The notes below the pieces were generated by a model. That model did not search any database. It had not been told where the DNA came from and worked only from the letters and a program-made list of their open reading frames with translations. Made by a program: the position numbers and the translations under genes. DNA of 64,000 nt from Candidatus Aegiribacteria sp. (lineage in GTDB: Bacteria; Fermentibacterota; Fermentibacteria; Fermentibacterales; JCC-6), in contig JAIOQY010000198.1 in the NCBI GenBank assembly GCA_021108435.1, positions 5,507 to 69,506 on the forward strand, written 5' to 3'. Position 1 is the first letter of the stretch, and every line of letters starts with the position of its first letter. This document shows, one piece after another, positions 28,756 to 39,278 of this stretch.

Positions 28756-30792
28756 CTATTTTTCTCTATCAATATGCACAAACTTCGGTTCATATCTCAG
28801 CGGTTTGAATGGAACCCCCGTACCATCGTAGAATTTTCCGAAGAACTCCACAAACTGCAGTCTTGCGGTATGGATAAAACCGCTCAGGGCTGCCATTGCT
28901 ATATTGAATAAATGCCCTGCAACAACAACCACAATGGCCAGAATTACACCGACAACAGGTATTCCAAGTTCGCTGACCAGCATTCCGGCCATCTGATTTA
29001 TAACCTGAGCGATTATCGCGCTCGAAAGGGCAAGAGCAAAAAGTCTTGAATATGACAGTACATCCCCGAGAATATTCACTATGCCGTACAGGGCGTATGC
29101 TCCGGTCCCTATCTTTCCGAATCCCTTTGCTTCCCTTCCTCCCATTATGAATATGAGGACAGCACCCGCGGCAAGCATCATGGTAAATACTTTATCAAGC
29201 GGCCCGTTAACGTTATAGAGCGCCCCGTTGAGCAGATAGTGATTGAAGAGCCATGGAAAAAGACCAGCCGTGGCAAGCAGCCAGCCGGATTGATCTACAA
29301 CGGCCGCTAATTTTTCTCCTGCTCTCCAGCGTTTCCTGAGATTGATAACGATACCTGCCGTAAGCTGCACCAGCCCCAGAGCAAGTGTTAAATAGAGGAA
29401 CTGCTTCGATACTCCGAAGCCTTCCTGCCCCTGCTCACCAACCTGATATCCCGGCACGAGCTTATTAAGCATCAGTGCCGGAGTCTGAAGAATACCTGGA
29501 AGATCGTCAAAGGAAATACCAAACCAGCCTCCGAGGAAGATTCCAACCAGAATGCTCGCTAATCCCCCCTGGAACAGAAGTTGGAATAATCTTGGATTTC
29601 CGTGTCTTCTGCGTACCAGATACCAGCCTAATGCGGACCCGAGAGCAAGAGCAATTCCGTATCCGGCATCACCGATACAGATACCGAAGAACAGGGCATA
29701 AAATGGCGCTATCAGGGGCGTTGGGTCGGGATCCCTTCTTGTTGGCTGGCCGTACATATCCGTAAGCAATGTATATGGTGAAGCCACAACGTTTTCAGTT
29801 ATCGGAGAGGGTGGTGTTTCGTCTTTCTCCGGTTCGATTTCCTCAACAGCTACTTCTCCAAGCTGAGAAAGATTCTCTCTCAACCTGTCAAGATCGGCGG
29901 TGCGTATCCATGCTCTGAACAGGAATACATGAGTACTGACACATGCTGTTCTTGCGGCATTCAGTCTTTCAAGAAGCAGTCCGGCAGCATCAAGAAGAAT
30001 GCGGAATCGAGTAATGAACGAAGACAGCTTCACCGCTTCTTCGTGAAGCGTGTTCATTTTACCGTCAACAAGTTCCAGTTCACGACAAACCTCTTCCAGG
30101 TTATCCTTTACCATCCCCTGTCTGGATCCGAAGTCCTGTTGAGAGAATCCCACCTCTCCGAGCGACTGCAGGACTTCTCTTGATACGGATTCATGAAAAG
30201 CCGCGATAACCCTCTCAAGTTTCTTCTTCTTCTGAATGACTTCGAGATGAAAGAGAGGATTGTCTTTTTCCCATTCCGGGGAATGCAATTGCTGAATTGC
30301 GTCTTTTTCGAGAATACCTGCCGCAAGCAGGTAGGATCCTTTCTTTCTAAGATCCTCAAATGGAACCGGCAGCTCTTCCCATTCCATCAGGAAATCTCTC
30401 TCCTGTTCAAGTTCTCTTTCCGCGCCTTCAAGCTTGGCTTTCCTGATTGCTATGAACCATGCTCTGCGTGCTTTCTCCAGAAGATTCTCATCCTCAGAAA
30501 GCGCCATGAGTTCCTTTTCAGAAAGAGAGGGAGGTATTGAGGGTTTTTGCTTCTTCTCCCCTGCAGTTTCTTCTTCGAGAAATTGAACTGCCTTTTCGAG
30601 GCTCGATATCCTTTCTGAAAGGTCATCTGTATTCAATGAAGCGGGTTTGAAAAATTTCATTGCCCCTGTCTGTTCGATTTCCGACATATCTATCAGATGG
30701 ACTTTCCCTGAGGATTCTATCTTCTCAAGAACCTTCTCACGGGTTTTTGCATGACACAGAACCTCTATCTTCGATATCGCATCAAGGCTCAT
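28756..30792 (-). CDS. ntpI: V-type ATP synthase subunit I (a-subunit homolog)
   Basis: 678 aa. Soluble coiled N-half and polytopic C-half with the conserved Arg-containing helix (LSYSRLFALALS). Confidence 0.9.
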   Translation of the reverse strand: MSLDAISKIEVLCHAKTREKVLEKIESSGKVHLIDMSEIEQTGAMKFFKPASLNTDDLSERISSLEKAVQFLEEETAGEKKQKPSIPPSLSEKELMALSEDENLLEKARRAWFIAIRKAKLEGAERELEQERDFLMEWEELPVPFEDLRKKGSYLLAAGILEKDAIQQLHSPEWEKDNPLFHLEVIQKKKKLERVIAAFHESVSREVLQSLGEVGFSQQDFGSRQGMVKDNLEEVCRELELVDGKMNTLHEEAVKLSSFITRFRILLDAAGLLLERLNAARTACVSTHVFLFRAWIRTADLDRLRENLSQLGEVAVEEIEPEKDETPPSPITENVVASPYTLLTDMYGQPTRRDPDPTPLIAPFYALFFGICIGDAGYGIALALGSALGWYLVRRRHGNPRLFQLLFQGGLASILVGIFLGGWFGISFDDLPGILQTPALMLNKLVPGYQVGEQGQEGFGVSKQFLYLTLALGLVQLTAGIVINLRKRWRAGEKLAAVVDQSGWLLATAGLFPWLFNHYLLNGALYNVNGPLDKVFTMMLAAGAVLIFIMGGREAKGFGKIGTGAYALYGIVNILGDVLSYSRLFALALSSAIIAQVINQMAGMLVSELGIPVVGVILAIVVVVAGHLFNIAMAALSGFIHTARLQFVEFFGKFYDGTGVPFKPLRYEPKFVHIDREK

Positions 30793-31112
30793 CAGTCTTC
30801 TTTCCCGCCTCTGAGGATATGTTCGTGAAGACTTCTGGTAGCCGCTTTCTCAAGGTTTGCTTCATGCTCCGCCAGTGATTTGAGCTTACTGTCCGTTTTT
30901 TCGTCGAGTTTTCCTTTCAGCTGAGTCACAACCTTCTCTACAGCCGCTTCAGCTTCGGATGTAACTTCCCTGAGATAATCGTCTTCCTTCCGCTTCATTT
31001 CCTCAATCATCTCCGGAATACTCTGTGTTATCCGCCGGGCATCCTTTTTAGCGTTCTCCAGTACCTGCCTGGCCTGATCCTCACCTTTGCGGAGAGCATC
31101 TATTTTTGCCAT
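30792..31112 (-). CDS. ntpF: V-type ATP synthase peripheral-stalk subunit (G/H-like)
   Basis: 106 aa highly charged single-helix protein, first gene of the operon. Its stop abuts the subunit I start. Confidence 0.55.
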   Translation of the reverse strand: MAKIDALRKGEDQARQVLENAKKDARRITQSIPEMIEEMKRKEDDYLREVTSEAEAAVEKVVTQLKGKLDEKTDSKLKSLAEHEANLEKAATRSLHEHILRGGKED

Positions 31113-31209
31113 TTAAATACCAGCCTTTCGATTAATCAACTTGGGAACACCGGTCTTTCAGACATTGAAATAACCGGGAACAGCGCTATACCTCCATGAC
31201 AGTGTCTGT

Positions 31210-31315
31210 TGTGGATACTACTTATGAAACTACTTTAAGTGATTGTGTATCCTTTTGAGTATCATACGGTTAGATAGTTTTCCACAGTTTTGTAACCTTT
31301 TCCACATTTTCCACA
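31210..31315 (+). repeat. Cluster of DnaA-box-like 9-mers (3x TTTTCCACA direct, 1x inverted TATCCACA)
   Basis: TTTTCCACA at 31278-31286, 31298-31306 and 31307-31315. TGTGGATA at 31210-31217. Located in the 203-bp gap between the bactofilin stop and the V-ATPase operon start. Confidence 0.5.
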
Positions 31316-31672
31316 TTAAGACTCTGACTCGTTGCCACGACTCATTTTGCAACTGCCCTCGAAGAAGACGCCATCCTCAATAACAAGAGATCGGGTAAAT
31401 ATGTCTCCCTCAAGTCTGGATCCGCTTTGAAGCTCAAGCTGTTGTTCAGCTCTAACCGTTCCCCGTATTGTTCCTCCGACAATTGCCTGGCTCACCGATA
31501 CATCACCTGATATTATTCCTTCCCGGCCAACGGTCAGGGTACCGGATACGGTGACTTCTCCTTCCACTGCACCATCTATTCTGAGACCTCCATCTACTTT
31601 CAATGAACCTTTACAAATACTGCCGGGTCCAAGAATGGAATCCATGGTGGAGGAATATTCCTTTTTCTGCAT
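31316..31672 (-). CDS. Bactofilin (polymer-forming cytoskeletal protein)
   Basis: 118 aa. Repetitive beta-helix pattern SLKVDGGLRIDGAVEGEVTVSGTLTVGREGIISGDVSVSQAIVGGTIRGTV...EDGVFFEGSCKM. Confidence 0.88.
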   Translation of the reverse strand: MQKKEYSSTMDSILGPGSICKGSLKVDGGLRIDGAVEGEVTVSGTLTVGREGIISGDVSVSQAIVGGTIRGTVRAEQQLELQSGSRLEGDIFTRSLVIEDGVFFEGSCKMSRGNESES

Positions 31673-31700
31673 GATTCCTGTTCCTCTTTTCTTTATTGCG

Positions 31701-32066
31701 TTACTGCTCCAGAGTATCCACTTGCAATGAAATAGTACTCGCTATGTTTTCTATTCGTTGTCTGAAGCTGCCCAGCTGTTCCAGATTCAATTCTATGCTC
31801 TCAAGGCGCGCTTCTATATTTCTCCTTACTGCAAGGGAATCCTGCAGCATGGAGATTTCTTCTCTCAGTCTGTCTGTTTCTCCCGTTTCCATTAACCCAA
31901 AAGCAACTATGGCTGCCGCCGCAGATACTACAAGCACAAACAGCGCCAGCATTACCCTTGTCAAATGAAGCTTCCACCCGCTTACATTAAACTGGTGATG
32001 TGTTTTACCAGAATTAGAAATGAAAGTCGCGGTAAAACCCTTCTCAGGCATATAAAACCTGCTCAT
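31701..32066 (-). CDS. Membrane-anchored coiled-coil protein (resembles the N-terminal part of bactofilin-associated M23 peptidases but has no peptidase domain)
   Basis: 121 aa. One TM helix (VMLALFVLVVSAAAAIVAFGL) followed by a heptad-like segment. Lies 28 bp upstream of the bactofilin gene. Confidence 0.5.
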   Translation of the reverse strand: MSRFYMPEKGFTATFISNSGKTHHQFNVSGWKLHLTRVMLALFVLVVSAAAAIVAFGLMETGETDRLREEISMLQDSLAVRRNIEARLESIELNLEQLGSFRQRIENIASTISLQVDTLEQ

Positions 32067-32129
32067 TCCGATGCAGCATGCGGTATACTAAGTCTGCGTG
32101 TTCTTGTTTGTCAACAAAGTCCGGCACTG

Positions 32130-33131
32130 TCAGAGCACCTTAAGCAGTTCTCTGATCTCCTGCCTGTTCATCTTCATGCTAATACATGCCATAAGCAGTA
32201 ATCTCAGCTTGTGACCCTGCATATCTCCCGCAAATATTGCGCCTTTCTGCTCCAGGTCTGCTCCTCCTCCTGAATAATCGTAAACACCAAGTACTCTTCC
32301 AACGTAACATCTGCTTGATACACAGACAATTGTTCCTTTACTTACCGCATATTCAACGGCAGAAGCAACATCTACCGGAACATTACCCCTCCCGAACGCC
32401 TCTATTACCAGCCCGCTGTCTTTACAGTCCGTACTGAATCTGATTTCTCTTGCTCCAAAACCTGATGCAATTCTGACAAGTCCTATGCTTCTGTTCATTT
32501 CAAGCTCTCCAGGCGGCAGATGAAGTCTCCATAAGGGCATTCGCTGCAGAAGAATCCTATCCTGGTCAACAAAGCCTAACGGCCCATAACCAGGTGAAGC
32601 AAAGCTGCTTACGTTACTCGTATAAGTCTTGGTGACTCTTCCTGCAGCGTGAATCTCATCATTAAGAACTACTGTAACTCCCAACTTATGAACTTCAGTA
32701 TTTGCAGCAACAAGCAGAGCTCCTCTCAGGTTTCTCGGCCCATCAACTCCCATCTCGGCATTACTTCGCATTGCCGCTGTAAAGACAACAGGTATCTGTT
32801 CCTTAAGGTATACATCCGCAAGAAAAGCGCTTTCTTCCAATGTATCTGTCCCGTGAGTCACTACAATTCCGTCAAATTTTCCACCGGATGCAAGCTCTTC
32901 AAGCTTGATACAGAGTTCTCTTATCATGCCCGGTGTCATATGAGGACTGGGAATGCTGCTGAATTTGATTTGCGTAACTCTGACATTGGCCGGAATAACA
33001 TCTCCATCAAGCAGACGTTGATTAATATCATCAGCAATAACCAGCCCTCTGCTTCCGGTCGTCATCTCGATTGTGCCACCGGTAGAAACAAGAGCTATTT
33101 CTCTGACAGCAGATTCGATTTGGTCAGACAT
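32130..33131 (-). CDS. ansA: L-asparaginase, type I family
   Basis: 333 aa. VSTGGTIEM (catalytic Thr motif) and VVTHGTDTLEESAF blocks. Confidence 0.85.
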   Translation of the reverse strand: MSDQIESAVREIALVSTGGTIEMTTGSRGLVIADDINQRLLDGDVIPANVRVTQIKFSSIPSPHMTPGMIRELCIKLEELASGGKFDGIVVTHGTDTLEESAFLADVYLKEQIPVVFTAAMRSNAEMGVDGPRNLRGALLVAANTEVHKLGVTVVLNDEIHAAGRVTKTYTSNVSSFASPGYGPLGFVDQDRILLQRMPLWRLHLPPGELEMNRSIGLVRIASGFGAREIRFSTDCKDSGLVIEAFGRGNVPVDVASAVEYAVSKGTIVCVSSRCYVGRVLGVYDYSGGGADLEQKGAIFAGDMQGHKLRLLLMACISMKMNRQEIRELLKVL

Positions 33132-36100
33132 ATTTTATACCGTTGTTCTTAGCTCTGGATTTTACTCCGAGATGATGAAGCAGACGATCTTTAAGTCTGT
33201 CCGGGCGATCCGCGAGTGATCTTATGTAAAGCCTTGCCTTGCCGTCACCCCAGAGATCATCTATAAGCTGTATCAGTTCGCTGTCACGGCTAACTGCTTC
33301 AAGAAGAGGGTGATGTGCTTCAACAAGAGCCAGAAGATCTCCACGGGTTGAATCCTGCGTCCATTTGATCAATATGGCTACCGTATTAGCGTTATCTCTA
33401 TATTTACGTCTCATGCCAAGGCTTATCGCTCCGGCCTCAGGAGCTGTTATAGCTCCTGTTCTGGCTCCGATCTCGAGGAAGAACTGTGTTATTGTTTCCA
33501 CTGCGTCTCTTGCTGTTTCTACGGCCGAGGATGGCCTGATCGCTTCTGAATTGAATATCCATATATGCTGCAGAACAGATCTGGCGGATTGTATCTCCGA
33601 GTTCTTTCTTTTCATTATCAGACTTTCAACCGACGCGAATATTCTTGCGAATTTCTTAGTGAAGAGAATTTGTTCCCGTGATGTTCTCTCTCTGGTAATT
33701 CTGTCAAAAAGCATATTCGTTATTTTTTTCTCAGGCACAAATTCACTTACAGATTCAGCTGTCTTATTCGTTGCTTTTCTGCGCCACATCAGCCTGTAGA
33801 TATTTTTTTCAAGGTTTCTCTCTACCATGTGAACGGTAAGTCTTTTCCCTTTTTCTGTCTTCGAAAGGGATTTTTCCAATGCAGTAAAAATTATGGAAGG
33901 TCTGAAAACCTCATCTGCGCCAAGATATCCTATAATCTCAACGAAATCATCCATCATCTGTTCAATCTTCGAGAGGCTTTCATTGCTTGTATAGAGAAGA
34001 ATGATATCAACCAGCACATTCTCCAGAGGGGAAAAGGCTTTACTCCTCCAGAACCTGCAGGGATTCTCTCCAGGAGGACAATCGCGAGAAAGAAAAAATT
34101 GCTCTACGTTCTCAGGAAGCTGTTTCTTCTTTCCAACAGGTTCTCTTCCTTCCATTATTCTGAAAATATCTATCAATTCGGAATCCCCCGCAGCCTTTTG
34201 CAGTTCAATGACTTCTTTTCTGTCCGGAGACACAGATACTTTTAAAATAAGTTCTTTACACCCATTTTCTATGAATCCTTCAACCAGTTTTCTTCCTTCT
34301 CTTATTACTATTTTTCTGTGAAGTATCTGCTGCGTTACCGCTTTCAGAGAACTAACCGTATCTCTCAGTATCTCTGATGAGCTGTCTCGGACAGCTCGCC
34401 AGGCATTCATCATCTGTGATCCCTCGATATCTCTCTGCACTTCTGAGGGAACAGAACCGTTATCTAGTTTTCTAGCATATTCATCAATGAGTTTTTTCTC
34501 CAGTCTGTGCGACATCCAGGAGAGAAAAGTAGCTCCTGCAAGCTCTCCATGCATCGAGCCGACAGCGAGTTCCGTAATATCTCGAAGATATGGAATCAGC
34601 AATTCAGGCTTGCCGGTGAGTATTTCCACCGAGTAAGGAATAGTCTCACCGAAAAACACCGACGCGGTTTTCAGCTGCCATAGCGCAACATTGCTGTCTT
34701 CCGTTTCCTTTGTAGGAATCATTCTGGTCAGCAATTCTCTCATCATGTTACCGCTTGTCAGGTGTTCCGAAATCTCCGGATACTCAACCAGTGTTTTAAC
34801 GAAAGCTGTTAATCCTCTTGAGAGAAATCTGCTGAATATCCTGTGGCCTGATTTCTCAAGCCATACGGCCTGCTGGGAGAGCGTTTCACAAAGCATACGG
34901 GCACAGTATATAAGATCGTTTGCGCTTTTTTCTTCTATTCCCGGTATCCGCAGCAGTCGATTCATTGAGACTTTAAGCGCTTTGCTCCTGTCTTCCGCTC
35001 TAAAGAGTCTGCCAAGGATGGCTATTTCTTCATTTCTCAGCTGCTCCAGACTCATTTCTCTATTATATGTGGATACAGCTGATGTAATTAACTCGCTGAA
35101 TATTAATTCATCTGCTCCGATCTCCTGAAAAAGAGGAGCTATTACTTTATCCATGAAGCGGCTTCGCAGAGATCGGTTTGAAATTCTCCCCATCGCTTCA
35201 ACAACTTTCCTGCAGGAATCAATGGTTGCATTTGAAAGGGGAGAAAGCCAGTGTGTCTGTTCTCCTTCAAGAAGTCTTCTTCGGTAGTTATCATCCAGCA
35301 GATCAAGTATCAGGACGAATATCTCGCTCTTGATAACGTGCTCATGCTTTAATTCCTCATTGGTTGATCGAAGCAGCAATATTATAGCAGGAAGAAGTTT
35401 ATCGAAATTGATTTCAGTTTCAGATATTAATTTCTCAAGTGATTCCAGTGATATGGACGGATCATTCTGGCTCAGTACTGCATCCATAAGTCGTCCAATA
35501 GAATTAGTAACTCGTCTGATATCCGGCGCTCTTTTCTGGTCTTCCAGAATTGAAAGAGCAATCGGTATAAATCTAAGATAGTACTCTGTCTTCATTTCAT
35601 CATAAAATGGAGTTTCCCTGCGTTCAGCCGACATCCTTGCAATTTCAATAATAAGATTGTTGCTATCGTTTTTCGCGCAAAGGTCGTAAATTCCATTGAA
35701 GATCTTTCTCTCTGCTTTCCCTCTACTCCTGAACAGCATCATCTCGGCAATAGCCTGTCCATATTCAAAAGGCGAACAGTCTCTCACCTGAATGGCCATT
35801 ATATCCAGGCACATATCTCTTTCAGTTCGTCTTGTAAGCGCTGTTATCGCTTCCTCTGAAAGCAGTTCAAGTGTTTCTGAAAGGACGGCCTTTTCCTGTG
35901 TACCGGCTATATTTTCTATCTCGTCGGGAATTGAGTCTTCCAGCAGATCTTGAAGCTGATCAGTATCCTCAAGACGTCCAAGAAATCCTGAAAGAATCTT
36001 TATAGACTCCATCTGTATGGAAAACCCCCTCAGCTTTCTCAGAAGAGATTCTCCATTTCTGCCAACAGCTCTCCAAACAGGGAGGTGCTCGTTTCCGAGA

Positions 36101-36666
36101 AGATACCATCCCGTTTCCAGAGCGAAATCAACCAGTGAATTTTCAGCAACAAGGGGGATTTCAGGTATCAGTTCCTGTGCTTTCTCAAGAGCGTGTATAA
36201 CATTTACTCCCCCTATTCTCGCTCTCTCGAGAATGAAACCAAAACGATCAGGCCAGTTAAAACCCATCTGTATCAGTTTCCTGATAAGAGATGCGTCTCC
36301 CTGCATTTCTGCAAGTACCTGAAACACTCTATAGAACAGACTGAGGAATTCCTTGAATGTTAAGCCTGTAGTCGGTCCTATCTGATTCCATGTCCAGCTC
36401 AGGTGGAAGAATTCAAGTACAGCTACAACAACAGCAGACGATGGAAGGTTGCTTACAGCGGAAAACCATTCCGTTGCTGTTTCCTGCTCTACCGGGGGAG
36501 GTTCGTTCATTCTGGACAGATTTTCGAGAAGTGCCTGGCCATCGACTTTTTTTATTGTTGAGAGAAGATAGGCAAGAATCTCTCCCGCTTCCGGCCAGTC
36601 TTTTGAGAACAGGGATATGTCAAAGATCCTGCCCCTTGCTTCAGGCTCAATAACAGATCTGTTCAA
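33124..36666 (-). CDS. Large (1180 aa) uncharacterised, apparently all-helical cytoplasmic protein
   Basis: One uninterrupted ORF with no signal peptide, TM segment, P-loop or other motif I recognise. Its stop overlaps the asparaginase start by 8 nt. It begins 107 bp downstream of gyrA. Confidence 0.7.
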   Translation of the reverse strand: MNRSVIEPEARGRIFDISLFSKDWPEAGEILAYLLSTIKKVDGQALLENLSRMNEPPPVEQETATEWFSAVSNLPSSAVVVAVLEFFHLSWTWNQIGPTTGLTFKEFLSLFYRVFQVLAEMQGDASLIRKLIQMGFNWPDRFGFILERARIGGVNVIHALEKAQELIPEIPLVAENSLVDFALETGWYLLGNEHLPVWRAVGRNGESLLRKLRGFSIQMESIKILSGFLGRLEDTDQLQDLLEDSIPDEIENIAGTQEKAVLSETLELLSEEAITALTRRTERDMCLDIMAIQVRDCSPFEYGQAIAEMMLFRSRGKAERKIFNGIYDLCAKNDSNNLIIEIARMSAERRETPFYDEMKTEYYLRFIPIALSILEDQKRAPDIRRVTNSIGRLMDAVLSQNDPSISLESLEKLISETEINFDKLLPAIILLLRSTNEELKHEHVIKSEIFVLILDLLDDNYRRRLLEGEQTHWLSPLSNATIDSCRKVVEAMGRISNRSLRSRFMDKVIAPLFQEIGADELIFSELITSAVSTYNREMSLEQLRNEEIAILGRLFRAEDRSKALKVSMNRLLRIPGIEEKSANDLIYCARMLCETLSQQAVWLEKSGHRIFSRFLSRGLTAFVKTLVEYPEISEHLTSGNMMRELLTRMIPTKETEDSNVALWQLKTASVFFGETIPYSVEILTGKPELLIPYLRDITELAVGSMHGELAGATFLSWMSHRLEKKLIDEYARKLDNGSVPSEVQRDIEGSQMMNAWRAVRDSSSEILRDTVSSLKAVTQQILHRKIVIREGRKLVEGFIENGCKELILKVSVSPDRKEVIELQKAAGDSELIDIFRIMEGREPVGKKKQLPENVEQFFLSRDCPPGENPCRFWRSKAFSPLENVLVDIILLYTSNESLSKIEQMMDDFVEIIGYLGADEVFRPSIIFTALEKSLSKTEKGKRLTVHMVERNLEKNIYRLMWRRKATNKTAESVSEFVPEKKITNMLFDRITRERTSREQILFTKKFARIFASVESLIMKRKNSEIQSARSVLQHIWIFNSEAIRPSSAVETARDAVETITQFFLEIGARTGAITAPEAGAISLGMRRKYRDNANTVAILIKWTQDSTRGDLLALVEAHHPLLEAVSRDSELIQLIDDLWGDGKARLYIRSLADRPDRLKDRLLHHLGVKSRAKNNGIKYV

Positions 36667-36773
36667 TGATTTCGAAGGAAGCGAAAAACCTTTTCCAACT
36701 TCCGGAGGGGGAGCTGAATAAATCCTGTTCTCTCTGCTCCAGGATTCTATCTCACGGACTATCTCACTTGCCT

Positions 36774-39263
36774 TTATTTCTGCTCCTCTGTTGGAACCTG
36801 TTCATCCTCCGGCTGGACTACAGCAGCGTCAACGACCCTGTCGTTCTCTGGTAGATTCATAAGTCTTACTCCCATAGTGCTTCTGCCCATTTCTCTTATC
36901 TGCTCAACTGGTAACCTTATAATCATACCGAGTGCTGAGACAAGTATTAATTCATCCTCTTCTTTCACCTGTGTGATTGAAATTACCCTGCCATTCCGCT
37001 GAATATTACGGATGTTAATAACACCGGCGCTTCCTCTGTGTGTAAGTCTATAATCCTCTGAACATGTCCGTTTCCCAAATCCATTCTCCGTTACTGTAAG
37101 TACACTCCCTGGTTCATTCATGATAACCATTCCCACGAGACTGTCATTTCCTGTAACTTTTATTCCCCTTACTCCTCTTGTATATCTTCCCATTGAACGA
37201 ATCTCTTTTTCACTGAATCTATTAGCTTTTCCGTTTGCCAGAGCAAGCAGAACCCGGCTGTTTCCATCTGTTAATGAGGCACTTACTAGTTCTGCGTTCT
37301 CATCAAGCTTTATCGCCCATATGCCGTTTCGTCGTGGATGACTGTAGTCGGAAAGAGGAGTCTTCTTAATAATACCATTGCTTGTTGACATCAGGATAAA
37401 GCGGTTCTCATCGAACTCTTTCACGCATACATTCGCGACGGGGCGTTCTTCCGGTTCAAGATCCAGGAGATTAACTATAGCTTTCCCTTTACTGATTCTT
37501 CCAGCTTCGGGAATTTTATAAACCTTCAGCCAGTAACATCTTCCCTGATTAGTGAAAAACAATATATAACTGTGGTTAGAGGATACAAATATCTGATCAA
37601 TTGAGTCCTCCTCCTTTGTTCGTGCTCCTGAAATTCCTTTTCCACCTCTGTGCTGACTTTTATAAGTATCTGTTGAAAGCCTTTTTACATATCCCTCTCG
37701 AGAGAGGGTGATTACCATTTCATCATCGGGTATCAGATCTTCTATATCAAATTCATCTGCAGCAAAAGGTTCAATTTCCGTTTTCCTGTCTTCACCGTAT
37801 ATATCGGCAACTTCCCTTAGCTCCTCTGACACTACCTTCATTCGTTCCAAGCGATTCGAAGCTAACAGGCGAAGTTTTTCAAGGAGAATACGGAGTTCTT
37901 CATATTCTTCTTCCAGTTCTTCCCGTTCCATTCCGGTAAGTCTTCTTAAACGCATCTCCAATATTGCCTGAGCCTGCAATTCGGAGAATTCGAATATTTC
38001 TATGAGTTTTTTCTTTGCTTCTTCACTGCTTCCAGATTCTTTGATAACCCTTATTACTTCATCTATAATGTCCTGAGCCTTTAACAAACCTTCAACTATG
38101 TGTGATCTTGCTTCAGCCTTTTTCAGGTTGAATGCAATTCTTCTCTCAATGACATTATGCCGATGTTCAATGTAGCAATCAATCATCTGCCTGAGATTAA
38201 GCCTTACAGGCCTTCCTCCAGCCAGAGCAAGACTGTTAACTCCGAATGTTTTTGCCAGTGTGGTATGTTTGTAAAGCTGATTAAGAACTATTTCAGTTAC
38301 TGCATCTCTCTTCAGTTCAATCACTATCCGCATGCCATCTCTGTCGGATTCATCACGAAGATCAGCTATCATCGTAATTTTTTTGTGTTTCACAAGATTT
38401 GCTATAGTCTCAATAAGTGATGTCTTATTAACCTGATAGGGAATTTCTGTAATTATGATTGCTTCCCTGCCTTTTTGTGTTACTTCCGTCATCACTTTGC
38501 CGCGGACATGAATCAATCCCTTTCCGGTACTGTAAGCCTCTCTGATTCCTCGAAGACCCATGATTATCCCACCGGTAGGAAAATCCGGTCCCTTTACAAT
38601 TTCAAAAAGCTCTCCATCTGAAAGATCAGGATTATTTATGATACTGCAGCAGGCATCTATAACTTCTCGGAGGTTATTAGGCGGGATGTTCGTTGCCATA
38701 CCTACAGCAATTCCAGACGATCCGTTAACGAGAAGGTTAGGTATGCCGGAAGGCAGAATGGAAGGTTCTTTAAGGCGATCATCAAAGTTGGGAGACATAT
38801 CTATTGTTTCGTTTTCGATATCACGAAGCATTTCTCCGCCTATTCTGGACATTCTTGCTTCTGTATATCTATACGCTGCCGCCGGATCTCCATCTATCGA
38901 CCCGAAGTTGCCCTGTCCATCAATAAGCGGATGTCTGAGTGAGAAATCCTGCGCCATTCGTACCATTGCATCATAGACAGCGCTGTCTCCATGAGGGTGA
39001 TATTTTCCAAGAACATCTCCCACTACTGCAGCGGATTTCTTATACGGTCGCCTGTATGTAAGTTTCTGCTCGTACATCGAATACAGAATTCGTCTGTGTA
39101 CGGGCTTCAATCCGTCTCTTACATCAGGAAGTGCTCTCGAGACGATAACGCTCATTGAATAATCCATATAGGAGCGTTTCATTTCTTCTTCTATATCAAT
39201 GATATCTATTCTTTTACCTGTGCTGCCGTTCAAATGACCGCCTCCAAGCCTGTATTCAGGCAA
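36774..39263 (-). CDS. gyrA: DNA gyrase subunit A
   Basis: 829 aa. [28 protein letters not shown] (QRDR region) and a C-terminal beta-pinwheel repeat region. Confidence 0.97.
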   Translation of the reverse strand: MPEYRLGGGHLNGSTGKRIDIIDIEEEMKRSYMDYSMSVIVSRALPDVRDGLKPVHRRILYSMYEQKLTYRRPYKKSAAVVGDVLGKYHPHGDSAVYDAMVRMAQDFSLRHPLIDGQGNFGSIDGDPAAAYRYTEARMSRIGGEMLRDIENETIDMSPNFDDRLKEPSILPSGIPNLLVNGSSGIAVGMATNIPPNNLREVIDACCSIINNPDLSDGELFEIVKGPDFPTGGIIMGLRGIREAYSTGKGLIHVRGKVMTEVTQKGREAIIITEIPYQVNKTSLIETIANLVKHKKITMIADLRDESDRDGMRIVIELKRDAVTEIVLNQLYKHTTLAKTFGVNSLALAGGRPVRLNLRQMIDCYIEHRHNVIERRIAFNLKKAEARSHIVEGLLKAQDIIDEVIRVIKESGSSEEAKKKLIEIFEFSELQAQAILEMRLRRLTGMEREELEEEYEELRILLEKLRLLASNRLERMKVVSEELREVADIYGEDRKTEIEPFAADEFDIEDLIPDDEMVITLSREGYVKRLSTDTYKSQHRGGKGISGARTKEEDSIDQIFVSSNHSYILFFTNQGRCYWLKVYKIPEAGRISKGKAIVNLLDLEPEERPVANVCVKEFDENRFILMSTSNGIIKKTPLSDYSHPRRNGIWAIKLDENAELVSASLTDGNSRVLLALANGKANRFSEKEIRSMGRYTRGVRGIKVTGNDSLVGMVIMNEPGSVLTVTENGFGKRTCSEDYRLTHRGSAGVINIRNIQRNGRVISITQVKEEDELILVSALGMIIRLPVEQIREMGRSTMGVRLMNLPENDRVVDAAVVQPEDEQVPTEEQK

Positions 39264-39278
39264 TAATCATGCGTTTTC

